Shown here: positions 34,709-43,248 of the stretch, piece by piece
Position numbering within the stretch: the first letter of the stretch is position 1
Layout: every line of letters begins with the position of its first letter
Assembly (NCBI GenBank): GCA_028718745.1
Contig: JAQULF010000003.1
Coordinates: forward strand, 160 to 64,159
Direction of reading: 5' to 3'
DNA length: 64,000 nt
From: Patescibacteria group bacterium
GTDB taxonomy: Bacteria > Patescibacteriota > JACPGU01
Made by a program: the position numbers and the translations under genes
The notes under the pieces: model-generated
Seen by the model: only the letters and a program-made list of their open reading frames with translations
Database searches by the model: none
What the model was told of the DNA's origin: nothing

Positions 34709-36064
34709 TTATTTCAACTTGTTAACCTCTTTGATAAACCTCTTACCTCGATCAAACTCATTGATAAATAAATTGAAACTTGCTCCTCCGGGAGAGAGTA
34801 GTATCGTATCTCCTTTTTTACTTAAAGAATAAGCTTTTTTAACCGCTTCTTTCATATTTTCAACTTCAAAAATATTTTCCGCCTTATAATCAAAACTAAA
34901 TTTCTCTTTTATTTTATCAGAAAATGATCCCGGAAGCAGCACTGTTTTTAGATTGCGCGTCTCAATTTTTTCTGCCAACTCATCTACATCCCCCCCAAAC
35001 ATTTTGTCCACTCCGCCCAAAATCAAAATCGGTTTTTTGAATTCTTCCAAAGCAAAGTTAACTGCGGAAGGATGAGTAGCGGTTGTATCATTTATAAAAG
35101 TTCTACCTTTAATTTTTGCGACTGACTCTTTCCTACCTTCTAGTCCCTTAAAATCTCTAATCACTTTTTTGATATCGGCATTTTCTATCCCAAATATTTT
35201 GGCGAATTTAAACAAAGCGTCATCATTCGTTCCGTCAAAAAATACTTTTTTGCTTTTTGCGTCCTTAATGATCTTCTGTAGTTTCTTGTTAGTAATTAAA
35301 ATATCATTCTTTTTTTGGAATCGATAAATATCTCTTTTTGCTTCAATATAGTTTTCGTATGAAAAATGGAAAGAAATATGTTCCGGATAGATATTTGTAA
35401 TCACTGCGACATCCGGACTTCGCTTTGCATATCTCGCGTGGTGAAGTTGAGCCGATGATAATTCCAAAACCACGATTGATTTCTCATCCGCTTCTTCCAA
35501 ACAATCAAAAACTGATTTGCGTATATTTCCTCCAAAAAAAACTTTGTTAAAAATTGTTGGTTCGGTGGCTTTGTCCCCGAACCTTACCAAAAGTCCGCCT
35601 TTTTTATCAATCCGACTTTTTATCAAATCAAAAATCATCGCTGTCACGGTCGACTTGCCTTTGGTCCCTGTAATTCCAATTTTAAATGAAGGTGAATTTT
35701 CAAAAAATATCCCAATATCATTTTCTACCTTTACTCCGGCTTTCTGCGCAACGCGTAAAAAATCGCTATCGTCTTTTACTCCCGGATTGCGAATAACAAA
35801 ATTGGAATTGGTAAAATATTTTTCCAAATGCTCGCCCAATCGAAATGTAATTTTTTTACCCCGCCCTGGCGGGGTTAACTTTGCAACCGAGCTTTTTAAT
35901 TCCTTTTCACTTTTTGTATCAGTAACTAAAACCTTGGCGCCTAGTTTTGCAAAAAACTTCGCCGTTCCAACTCCCCCTCCATGCAAACCCAAACCCCAGA
36001 CCAAAACTTTTTTGCCTTTATACTTTTTTTCTAGGTTTTTTGTAATATCATTTTTTGATTTCAT
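34709..36064 (-). CDS. murD: UDP-N-acetylmuramoylalanine--D-glutamate ligase
   Basis: KVLVWGLGLHGGGVGTAKFFAKLGAKVLVTD Rossmann N-terminus, GTKGKST P-loop; contains GC-palindrome-encoded KLTPPGRG insertion. Confidence 0.9.
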   Translation of the reverse strand: MKSKNDITKNLEKKYKGKKVLVWGLGLHGGGVGTAKFFAKLGAKVLVTDTKSEKELKSSVAKLTPPGRGKKITFRLGEHLEKYFTNSNFVIRNPGVKDDSDFLRVAQKAGVKVENDIGIFFENSPSFKIGITGTKGKSTVTAMIFDLIKSRIDKKGGLLVRFGDKATEPTIFNKVFFGGNIRKSVFDCLEEADEKSIVVLELSSAQLHHARYAKRSPDVAVITNIYPEHISFHFSYENYIEAKRDIYRFQKKNDILITNKKLQKIIKDAKSKKVFFDGTNDDALFKFAKIFGIENADIKKVIRDFKGLEGRKESVAKIKGRTFINDTTATHPSAVNFALEEFKKPILILGGVDKMFGGDVDELAEKIETRNLKTVLLPGSFSDKIKEKFSFDYKAENIFEVENMKEAVKKAYSLSKKGDTILLSPGGASFNLFINEFDRGKRFIKEVNKLK

Positions 36065-36124
36065 ACATTAACTTTTTATTTAGTAAAAATGAAATCATCC
36101 CGAGTACTCGAGGAACTACATTAT

Positions 36125-36652
36125 TTATAACTTATATTTTTCTTTTATCATTTTTGCAACTTTCTTTGCGGAAATCTTAGTATTATCTATATTTAAGTTT
36201 TTAACAAAAGGAATCGGTAAAAATAAATTAAATTCTTTCAAACAACTATTTAGTTTTTTGGCTGTTCTTATTTTGCCATGATATTTTCTGGATTCCCCAA
36301 CAACTCTTTTGCATAACTCTTTTTTATCGCTATAAAGCTGGGCGAAACAAATTTTCCCATTATATTTTTTAACCTTTCTTATAACATCCTTCACAAATTT
36401 GTCATCATGATCGCGCACATAACAAAAAGTAAAAATCAGATTAACATTGTTCTTAGCTGCTAACTCTATCATCTCTAATCGAAGTCGCGAGGAAATTTCA
36501 AAAAAGTTTTTTTCGCCAAATTTAAGTACAGAGGTTATTAGATCTACTGTTAGGTGATTATGAAAAACCTTATAACCAGTAAGCTTTGCTAACTCCTTTG
36601 CGACTGTTAATTTTCCCGTTGCCGGCGGTCCATAAATAAAAACTAAGTTCAT
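36125..36652 (-). CDS. P-loop kinase-like protein (AAA_33/CPT-like)
   Basis: Walker A IYGPPATGKLTVA at N-terminus; ~175 aa; inserted within the dcw cluster. Confidence 0.4.
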   Translation of the reverse strand: MNLVFIYGPPATGKLTVAKELAKLTGYKVFHNHLTVDLITSVLKFGEKNFFEISSRLRLEMIELAAKNNVNLIFTFCYVRDHDDKFVKDVIRKVKKYNGKICFAQLYSDKKELCKRVVGESRKYHGKIRTAKKLNSCLKEFNLFLPIPFVKNLNIDNTKISAKKVAKMIKEKYKL

Positions 36653-36684
36653 AAATTTTATTTTAATTCTTTTTTCATTTTATT

Positions 36685-36756
36685 TGACAAACTATCGTTT
36701 GTCACTCCAAAATTCATGATTATCGCATTTGGAATGACGGACGACAGTCCGTTATC
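36685..36756. repeat. REPIN-like paired-hairpin palindromic element, copy 3 (intergenic, immediately downstream of RAYT gene)
   Basis: tGACAAACtatcGTTTGTCActccaaa - 16-nt spacer - tttggaatGACGGACgacaGTCCGTtatc. Confidence 0.7.
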
Positions 36757-36767
36757 TTTTCTTAATT

Positions 36768-37394
36768 TTAATCTTCTATATTTATATCATTCGCGGGATA
36801 ATAATAAAAGCAATCAAACAAAAAATCTTTTCCTCTTTTTGTTAGCCAATGCTTGTAACTGCAAAAATTAAAATTTTCCAATTCCTCAAAATTTTTTACC
36901 AAACCGTGCTTTATTGGATTTTGGTGAATATAATTGAATATCTTAAAGAAATCTCGTTCGCCTCTTATGCAATAATCCCAATACTGATAAAATACTTTTC
37001 TTCCCTCACAATCGTCCATCTTATTTAAAACTCTCGCAATCGAAGAATTCAAACGATTTGCGAAATAGGAAATCTTTTTTTGTTTGACAGCCTTACGGCT
37101 GTCATTCCAAGGATTTTCTAAAAAATCTAGCATACCACTGTTTGTATTTGGAGTGACACCCGTGAGGGTGTCGTCCTCAATAGAGTTTAACTTTAGCAAC
37201 AAATGATAATGGTTTTTCATTATCGCAAAAGCATAAAGTGAAATTCCTAATTCTTTAATTAAGTTGTTAATTATGTTTAAAATTATTCCCTCTCTTCCGG
37301 AAAAATAATTTTTCTTTTCAAAACACCTTGTTGTTAAAAAATAAACTTCATTTTCTAATTCTAAATGAAACGGCCTGTGCTTATTTGATTTCAT
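36768..37394 (-). CDS. IS200/IS605-family Y1 (HUH) transposase, REP-associated tyrosine transposase (RAYT)-like
   Basis: HUH motif NHYHLLL; C-terminal catalytic-Tyr motif NYIHQNPIKHGLV (YIxxNPVkaGLV of Y1_Tnp); HUH-to-Tyr spacing inflated by ~33 aa that are encoded by a REPIN-like element (37084-37176). Confidence 0.7.
   Translation of the reverse strand: MKSNKHRPFHLELENEVYFLTTRCFEKKNYFSGREGIILNIINNLIKELGISLYAFAIMKNHYHLLLKLNSIEDDTLTGVTPNTNSGMLDFLENPWNDSRKAVKQKKISYFANRLNSSIARVLNKMDDCEGRKVFYQYWDYCIRGERDFFKIFNYIHQNPIKHGLVKNFEELENFNFCSYKHWLTKRGKDFLFDCFYYYPANDINIED
37084..37176. repeat. REPIN-like paired-hairpin element, copy 4 (variant with compensatory stem changes), in-frame inside the RAYT gene
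   Basis: ttGACAGCCttacGGCTGTCattccaagg ... tttggagtGACACCCgtgaGGGTGTCgtc; conserved flanks TTGACAG...GTCATTCCAA and TTTGGAGTGAC...GTC. Confidence 0.55.
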
Positions 37395-37395
37395 T

Positions 37396-37755
37396 TTATT
37401 TCCTAAAATCTATCCCACCTGCTTTTTTATTGGTATGCCCGACGCGCTTAACATCCTCAACCGGAAATCTTGTTTCGTATTCTTCCAAAACATCATCGAT
37501 AGCCTTCTGGGAATCGACTCCGCAAATGTGGGCTATTTTTAAAGCAAGAAAAGTAATATCACCAATAAAGTTTTCTACTTCACCCATATTTTCTTTTATT
37601 AACTTTTCCTGTTCTTTAGCGTCCACCCATTTAATTATATTCCAAAATTCTCCAATCTCCTCGCTCATATTAAGCAGGAGATCCTTTACTTCGCTGACAT
37701 TCCCCCATCCCCTTTCCTTATTAAATTTTTCGATTTTGTCCTGTGTTTTTTTCAT
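37396..37755 (-). CDS. MazG-like nucleotide pyrophosphohydrolase domain protein
   Basis: EEIGEFW...DAKEQE...GDITFLALKIAH pattern typical of small MazG/NTP-PPase all-alpha proteins. Confidence 0.55.
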   Translation of the reverse strand: MKKTQDKIEKFNKERGWGNVSEVKDLLLNMSEEIGEFWNIIKWVDAKEQEKLIKENMGEVENFIGDITFLALKIAHICGVDSQKAIDDVLEEYETRFPVEDVKRVGHTNKKAGGIDFRK

Positions 37756-37759
37756 AAAT

Positions 37760-38431
37760 TTATTTTAAGCTTTCTAATATCTTTTCAAATTCTTCTCCAT
37801 ATTTTATTTCAAATTTTTCTAATCTTCCGGTTGCGGGATGGGTGAACTCAATCCGTTTTGCGATGAGCGCAAATCCATTGGTCTTCAATCCTTCAACTCT
37901 ACCGTTATAAAGTTTATCGCCTACAATCGGATGACCGATATAAGCCATGTGAACGCGAAGTTGATGTGTGCGGCCAGTTATTGGTTCTAATTTAACTAAA
38001 GTGTATTCATCCGCAATTCTTTTTAAAGTTTCAAAGTTTGTTACCGCCTTCTCTCCATTTTTTACTACCCATCTTTTTTGGCGAATTTTATAATCTAATC
38101 CAATCGGCGCATCGATGGTTCCTTTTTTCTTATCAAATATCCCGATCACAATCGCATGATAAATTTTTTTAACTTTCTTTTCGCGAAATTGTTGCTCAAG
38201 ATTTTTCTGCGCCTTTTCATTCTTGGCAATTATAACTAGTCCCGAAGTGAATTTATCTAAACGGTGCACCAATCGTAGGGGCACGGCGCGCCGTGCCCCT
38301 ACATTGTTCAAATAATTAATTATATTGTTAGGATTATTGTCCCGCGGCGCATCCACCTCAATCCCCGCCTCTTTGTTTACAACCAAAATGTCAGCGTCCT
38401 CAAAAACTATTTTAACTAAATTATTAATCAT
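37760..38431 (-). CDS. RluA-family 23S rRNA/tRNA pseudouridine synthase
   Basis: Catalytic motif HRLDKFTSGLVIIAKN; contains the perfect 24-bp palindrome encoding GARRAVP. Confidence 0.8.
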   Translation of the reverse strand: MINNLVKIVFEDADILVVNKEAGIEVDAPRDNNPNNIINYLNNVGARRAVPLRLVHRLDKFTSGLVIIAKNEKAQKNLEQQFREKKVKKIYHAIVIGIFDKKKGTIDAPIGLDYKIRQKRWVVKNGEKAVTNFETLKRIADEYTLVKLEPITGRTHQLRVHMAYIGHPIVGDKLYNGRVEGLKTNGFALIAKRIEFTHPATGRLEKFEIKYGEEFEKILESLK

Positions 38432-38548
38432 AGTATAAAAAATTAAAAATAAAATATAAAAAATAAATATTTAAATACATAAAAACAAAAATATTTTTAA
38501 ATTTTTAATTTGTGTTTTTTATTTTTGATATTTTATTTTTTTATATTC

Positions 38549-39577
38549 CTATCTTACTCCTCCTCCCATAATCCCAATCACAATTCCCAAAACAGCAGCA
38601 ACTGCACCGATTACCCAAAACCGCATCGTAATCTTCGTTTCCGGCCAACCGATAGCTTGCAAGTGATGATGAACAGGAGCTGATAAAAATATCTTTCTTT
38701 TAAAAAACTTTTTTGAAAATATCTGAATTAAGCTTGATCCTGCTTCTACGACAAAAACTATCCCGATAATTGGTAAAACAAAAACAGAGTCCGTCAGCAT
38801 AGCCACTACGCCCAGTGCCGTACCCAGAGCAAACGCTCCTGAATCCCCCATTAGAAACCGAGCCGGGAAGATATTAAACCAAGTGTAGGCCAGCGTCGCC
38901 CCGATCATCGCCGCGCAAAAACCTGCTATGCCATAGTTACCTTGTACCATAGCGATTACGGCAAAAGCGCCAAACGCAAGGCTCAAAAGGCCTCCTGCAA
39001 GCCCATCCAGCCCATCCGTAATATTAACGGCATTGGCGGTCGAGATAACAACCAGCGCAAACAGCGGTATGTAGAAAAACCCAATATTAAAATCACCCAC
39101 GGCGGGAACATGGAGCATACTATAATCAAGTTTGAAGTAGAAATAAAGCGCGCCAATTACAGCAATGCCCAATATCAGCATAAATTTCAGCCCTGACCTT
39201 AAGCCCCCAGCCCGATTGCTGGATCCTCGGATATTGAGGTAGTCATCGACTAATCCCACCATACCCGCACCAAAGAAGGCAAATAGCGGCAACCAGGTTT
39301 GGTTACGGCTTAGATTAAGGATGAGTGTCACAATGACGACGGTAGCAATAGCAACAATGCCTGCCATAGTTGGAAAATCCCGCGCGTGTTTCGCGGCCTG
39401 TAAGCTATGAACTATGGGAGTTGCCTCGCCGCTTGTAGACGAATGAGTACGAGCCTTCTTCCACCACTTATACTTGAATGCGAAGTGAGTATAGATGGGA
39501 GTAAAAGCCATTGCTAAAAGAAAAGATGTTACTGTCAAAACTAGAATTCTAATAATATCACTTGATTGAAATTGCAT
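38549..39577 (-). CDS. mraY: Phospho-N-acetylmuramoyl-pentapeptide transferase
   Basis: NAVNITDGLDGLAGG and polytopic topology; dcw synteny. Confidence 0.9.
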   Translation of the reverse strand: MQFQSSDIIRILVLTVTSFLLAMAFTPIYTHFAFKYKWWKKARTHSSTSGEATPIVHSLQAAKHARDFPTMAGIVAIATVVIVTLILNLSRNQTWLPLFAFFGAGMVGLVDDYLNIRGSSNRAGGLRSGLKFMLILGIAVIGALYFYFKLDYSMLHVPAVGDFNIGFFYIPLFALVVISTANAVNITDGLDGLAGGLLSLAFGAFAVIAMVQGNYGIAGFCAAMIGATLAYTWFNIFPARFLMGDSGAFALGTALGVVAMLTDSVFVLPIIGIVFVVEAGSSLIQIFSKKFFKRKIFLSAPVHHHLQAIGWPETKITMRFWVIGAVAAVLGIVIGIMGGGVR

Positions 39578-39598
39578 TTTTCTCTCCTTTTATATTAA

Positions 39599-40798
39599 TT
39601 ATTTTTTTATAACTTCCACTATTTTCTCCATATGCATTCCATGCGATCCTTTTACTAAAATAATATCTCCGCTTTTTATATTTTCTTTGACTGAACTGAT
39701 TGCTGATTGAAAATCCGGAAACCAAAATACTTTTCCTTCCATTTTCTTTTCCGCTTCTTGAAAAATGAATTTGGATTCTTCGCCAACCGCAAAAACTAGA
39801 TCAACCTTACCAACCAGCATCTTTCCAATTTCCCGATGAAATTCTTGTGATTTTTCACCTAGCTCTAGCATATCGCCAAGTACCGCGATCTTTCTTTTCT
39901 TATCGCCCAAATTATTCAATGTCTGAATTGCGGCTTTCATGCTCTCCGGGTTTGCATTGTAACTATCATCTATAATCATTGAATCATTTATTCCTTTAAT
40001 CATATTTAATCTTCCTTTTTCCATCTGAAATCCTTCCGCTGCCCAAATACAATCTTCCAGGCTCATTTCACAAATCAATCCGCAGGCAATTCCCGCCAAA
40101 ACAGAATAAATCAGATGTTCGCCAATTATATTCAGATGAATTTTTTTGGATTCTTTTTTATAATGAACAGTAAAATCGATTCCATGAATATCGGATTTAA
40201 TTCCGTCAGCATATAAATCGGCTTTCTTGTTTAATCCAAAGAAAAAGGTCTTTCCTTTATTTCTCTTTTCCATCTCTCTAACATTGGGATCGTCGTAATT
40301 GAGAATCGCCCAACCATTACTATCTAACGCTTCAATCAACATTCCTTTTTCTTGCGCGACATTTTCTAGTGAATGAAAAAATTCAAGGTGCGAACTGGCA
40401 ACACGGGTGATAACAGCGATTTTTGGTTTTATAAATGAAGTCAGGTATTTAATATCGCCAAACCGATCTGCCCCCATTTCCAAAATAGCTTTCTCAAAAT
40501 GAGTTTTTTGAAACACTGATTTTAAAAAACCCAATGAGATATTTTTTATCCAGCCCAAAGGAAACTTTTCAACCTTCAGTCCCAAAAGAGCCGTCGGAAC
40601 GCCAACTTCTTCATTCTGGTTCGCCCTGGTCTTACCAACAGAAAATTTGGAAGATAAAACCTGATAAATCGCTTCTTTGGTGGAGGTTTTTCCAATACTT
40701 CCCGTAATAGCAATGATATCAATTTTATTTCTTTTCAAATATCTGGTCGCAAAACTTTTTAAAATCAATTGATATGCTTTTTTTAATCTTTTCTTCAT
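39599..40798 (-). CDS. murF: UDP-N-acetylmuramoyl-tripeptide--D-alanyl-D-alanine ligase (start re-called at ATG MKKRLKK; track ORF extends to a TTG at 40834)
   Basis: IAITGSIGKTSTKEAI P-loop, Mur ligase domains; TGGTATAAT-like -10 element just upstream of the ATG. Confidence 0.85.
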   Translation of the reverse strand: MKKRLKKAYQLILKSFATRYLKRNKIDIIAITGSIGKTSTKEAIYQVLSSKFSVGKTRANQNEEVGVPTALLGLKVEKFPLGWIKNISLGFLKSVFQKTHFEKAILEMGADRFGDIKYLTSFIKPKIAVITRVASSHLEFFHSLENVAQEKGMLIEALDSNGWAILNYDDPNVREMEKRNKGKTFFFGLNKKADLYADGIKSDIHGIDFTVHYKKESKKIHLNIIGEHLIYSVLAGIACGLICEMSLEDCIWAAEGFQMEKGRLNMIKGINDSMIIDDSYNANPESMKAAIQTLNNLGDKKRKIAVLGDMLELGEKSQEFHREIGKMLVGKVDLVFAVGEESKFIFQEAEKKMEGKVFWFPDFQSAISSVKENIKSGDIILVKGSHGMHMEKIVEVIKK

Positions 40799-40861
40799 AT
40801 CTATATTATACCAAGAAAATGAACTATTCGCCAATTTCCGGGCGCGGGCACCGCGCCCCTA

Positions 40862-40896
40862 CTTAATACTTAATACTTACTACTTACTACTTAACC
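40862..40896. repeat. Heptanucleotide satellite (CTTAATA)x2-(CTTACTA)x2-CTTAACC abutting the ftsI stop
   Basis: Same unit family (phase-shifted TACTTAC) as at 29846 and 32311. Confidence 0.75.
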
Positions 40897-42665
40897 AAAC
40901 CCTTCTCTCTTTTTATCTGCTCTTCCTTCCAAACATCATCCGGTGGTATCTGGTAATAATTCAAAATATTCGCCGCTAATTCTCCGAATATAGGAGCTGC
41001 CGTAGATTCCGCCCAGATTACATCGCGAGGTACATTAATTCTGGTTACAATCACAAAAAGCGGATTATCGGTCGGGCCAAAACCAATAAAGGAACCGATA
41101 AATTTATCTGTTTCGTATCCTCGAAAATCTTTCTTGGGAATCTGCGCCGTACCGGTTTTACCACCAATTCTGTAGCCCTTTACTCGAGCTTGTTTCCCAT
41201 GGCCTCTCTCGGCAACACTAATCATCATATCCGTTATTTCATGGGCTGACTTTTCGCTTAAAACTCTGCCGATCACTTGCGGCTCTACTTTTTCTACTTT
41301 ACCATTTTTATCAATATATTCTTTTACAATATGTGGTTTTACCATCAACCCCCCATTTGCCACCGCGCCCATAGATTGCGCCAACTGAACCTCGGTTGTG
41401 TTAATACCCTGGCCAAAAGACATTGTCGCCAAATCAACCGGTATAGCATCTTCTTGAGGCTTCACGGCGCCCGGAGATTCACCGTCAATTTCAATCCCCG
41501 TTCTTTTGCCAAAACCAAAATTATTTATATATTTATAAAAATTATCCGTACCGGTTTTTTGCGTCATCCAAACCATTCCCACATTATCAGAGTTTTCCAA
41601 AACTTGAGTCATAGTCTCATAACCATAGGGTCTCTTGACACTATTCCAAATAACCGCATCCTGAACCTGAACTTTGGCATCAAAATATTCTCCCGTATCC
41701 GGCGTTACCGCTCCGCTATCGATACCGGCTGTCATCGCGATTAATTTAAAAACCGATCCCGGTTCATAAGCATCGGCTGTCGCCATACATTGGAAAACGC
41801 TATAATCTTTAACTTCCGTATATTTTGCCGGTTCATAAGTTGGAAATTCGGCTAGAGCCAGGATTCCGCCGCTTTTGGGGTCCATCACCACGATTGAGCC
41901 GCTATCCGCTTTATGCTGTTCAACCGCTCTGGCAATAATATCTTCTGCGTAATACTGAATTACATGGTCAATCGTAAGAACTACATCTTTACCATTTTTA
42001 GGTAGCACAACTTTACTATCAGCCACTGTTATCTGGCGACCCAAAATATCTCTTTCGGAAATCAATTTGCCCTGCTCTCCCTTGAGAACATCATTCAAAT
42101 ATCCCTCAACTCCATATTGTCCCTCTCCTTGATTATCGACAAAACCAAGAAACTTTGCCCCCATACTCCCTTCCGGGTAATCCCTGTAGGTTTCGGGAAT
42201 CAAAACAACTCCAGGCAGCTTCAAATCCTCAATCTTTTTGCTAATCTCATCGCTTAGCTTCCTTTTTAAGGGCGGAATATAAACTTTTTTTTCAGAGAGT
42301 AATTGATTGATTTCTCCGGCTGGCATGTCAATTATCGGACCCAGCTTACTAGCTAAGTCAGCCGCATCTTCCACTTGATTAGGAATTATCATTACCGACC
42401 AGAGAGTTTTATTAGTTACTAGGGGAAATTTGGTATCGCTATATATATCGGTAACAAATATCTCCCCTCTGGCCGGCATTATCTTTTCTTCTTTGTATCT
42501 TTGATTGTAGGCTAGCTCTTGGTAGTGGGAATATTTGATAATTTGTTTTTCAAAAAGACGAACTCCGATTATCCCAAAAAGCCCCATCACAACAATAAAA
42601 ACGATAAATATTCTCGCTTTTATATTCCCCTGCTCTTCAATTCTTATATTATTACTCCCCCACAT
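40887..42665 (-). CDS. ftsI: Class B penicillin-binding protein (FtsI/PBP2-type transpeptidase)
   Basis: N-terminal TM, SxxK (GSVFKL), SDN (ENSDNVG), KTGT; dcw synteny. Confidence 0.85.
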   Translation of the reverse strand: MWGSNNIRIEEQGNIKARIFIVFIVVMGLFGIIGVRLFEKQIIKYSHYQELAYNQRYKEEKIMPARGEIFVTDIYSDTKFPLVTNKTLWSVMIIPNQVEDAADLASKLGPIIDMPAGEINQLLSEKKVYIPPLKRKLSDEISKKIEDLKLPGVVLIPETYRDYPEGSMGAKFLGFVDNQGEGQYGVEGYLNDVLKGEQGKLISERDILGRQITVADSKVVLPKNGKDVVLTIDHVIQYYAEDIIARAVEQHKADSGSIVVMDPKSGGILALAEFPTYEPAKYTEVKDYSVFQCMATADAYEPGSVFKLIAMTAGIDSGAVTPDTGEYFDAKVQVQDAVIWNSVKRPYGYETMTQVLENSDNVGMVWMTQKTGTDNFYKYINNFGFGKRTGIEIDGESPGAVKPQEDAIPVDLATMSFGQGINTTEVQLAQSMGAVANGGLMVKPHIVKEYIDKNGKVEKVEPQVIGRVLSEKSAHEITDMMISVAERGHGKQARVKGYRIGGKTGTAQIPKKDFRGYETDKFIGSFIGFGPTDNPLFVIVTRINVPRDVIWAESTAAPIFGELAANILNYYQIPPDDVWKEEQIKREKGLVK

Positions 42666-42789
42666 ATATTTTTATTATAACCTTTTTATCTCTTATTAAA
42701 ATAAAATAAACATAGGCAAAAATCACCCTATGTTTTTAAAAAGCTTTTTTCTCCCGAAAGGATCCCTTTGGGATTTTTGTTAAAATAAA

Positions 42790-43149
42790 TTATTTCTTGG
42801 CCAACGCTCCTCCATTGCCGCTAAAATATTTTAAGTCTTTAACCGGTACCATTGATAATCCTCCCGCTTTCTCCTTGGCCTTGTTTAGCGATTCCAATCT
42901 CGCCGCCTCTACCTGCAATCTCTCATTTTCCGAAACAACCTTGTCTTCTTGTTGTTGAAGTTCCTGCAAGGCATATCCTTTGGTCGTAATCTGATTGGAT
43001 TGAGCCAAGTAAAATAGACTGATCAATGAAAATATAAGAACTGTCACAAATCCCAAGGCAACCGGGCCAAGTCTTAATCCCTTTCTGGAATAGGTAGAAT
43101 TATATCTGCCAATCCCGCTCTTTTTTCTTTTAAATCTTATAAATTTCAT
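42790..43149 (-). CDS. ftsL: FtsL/DivIC-like septum formation protein
   Basis: Single TM then coiled coil (QELQQQEDKVVSENERLQVEAARLESLNKAKEK); positioned between rsmH and ftsI. Confidence 0.5.
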   Translation of the reverse strand: MKFIRFKRKKSGIGRYNSTYSRKGLRLGPVALGFVTVLIFSLISLFYLAQSNQITTKGYALQELQQQEDKVVSENERLQVEAARLESLNKAKEKAGGLSMVPVKDLKYFSGNGGALAKK

Positions 43150-43164
43150 TTTTGTTTTTTATTT

Positions 43165-43235
43165 TAGACAGACTGTCGTCTGTCATTCCAAAATTCAGGA
43201 TTAGCATTTGGAGTGACGGACGATAGTCCGTTATG
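43165..43235. repeat. REPIN-like paired-hairpin palindromic element, copy 5 (ftsL-rsmH spacer)
   Basis: taGACAGACtgtcGTCTGTCattccaaa - 12-nt spacer - tttggagtGACGGACgataGTCCGTtatg. Confidence 0.7.
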
Positions 43236-43248
43236 TTTTTAAAATTTC

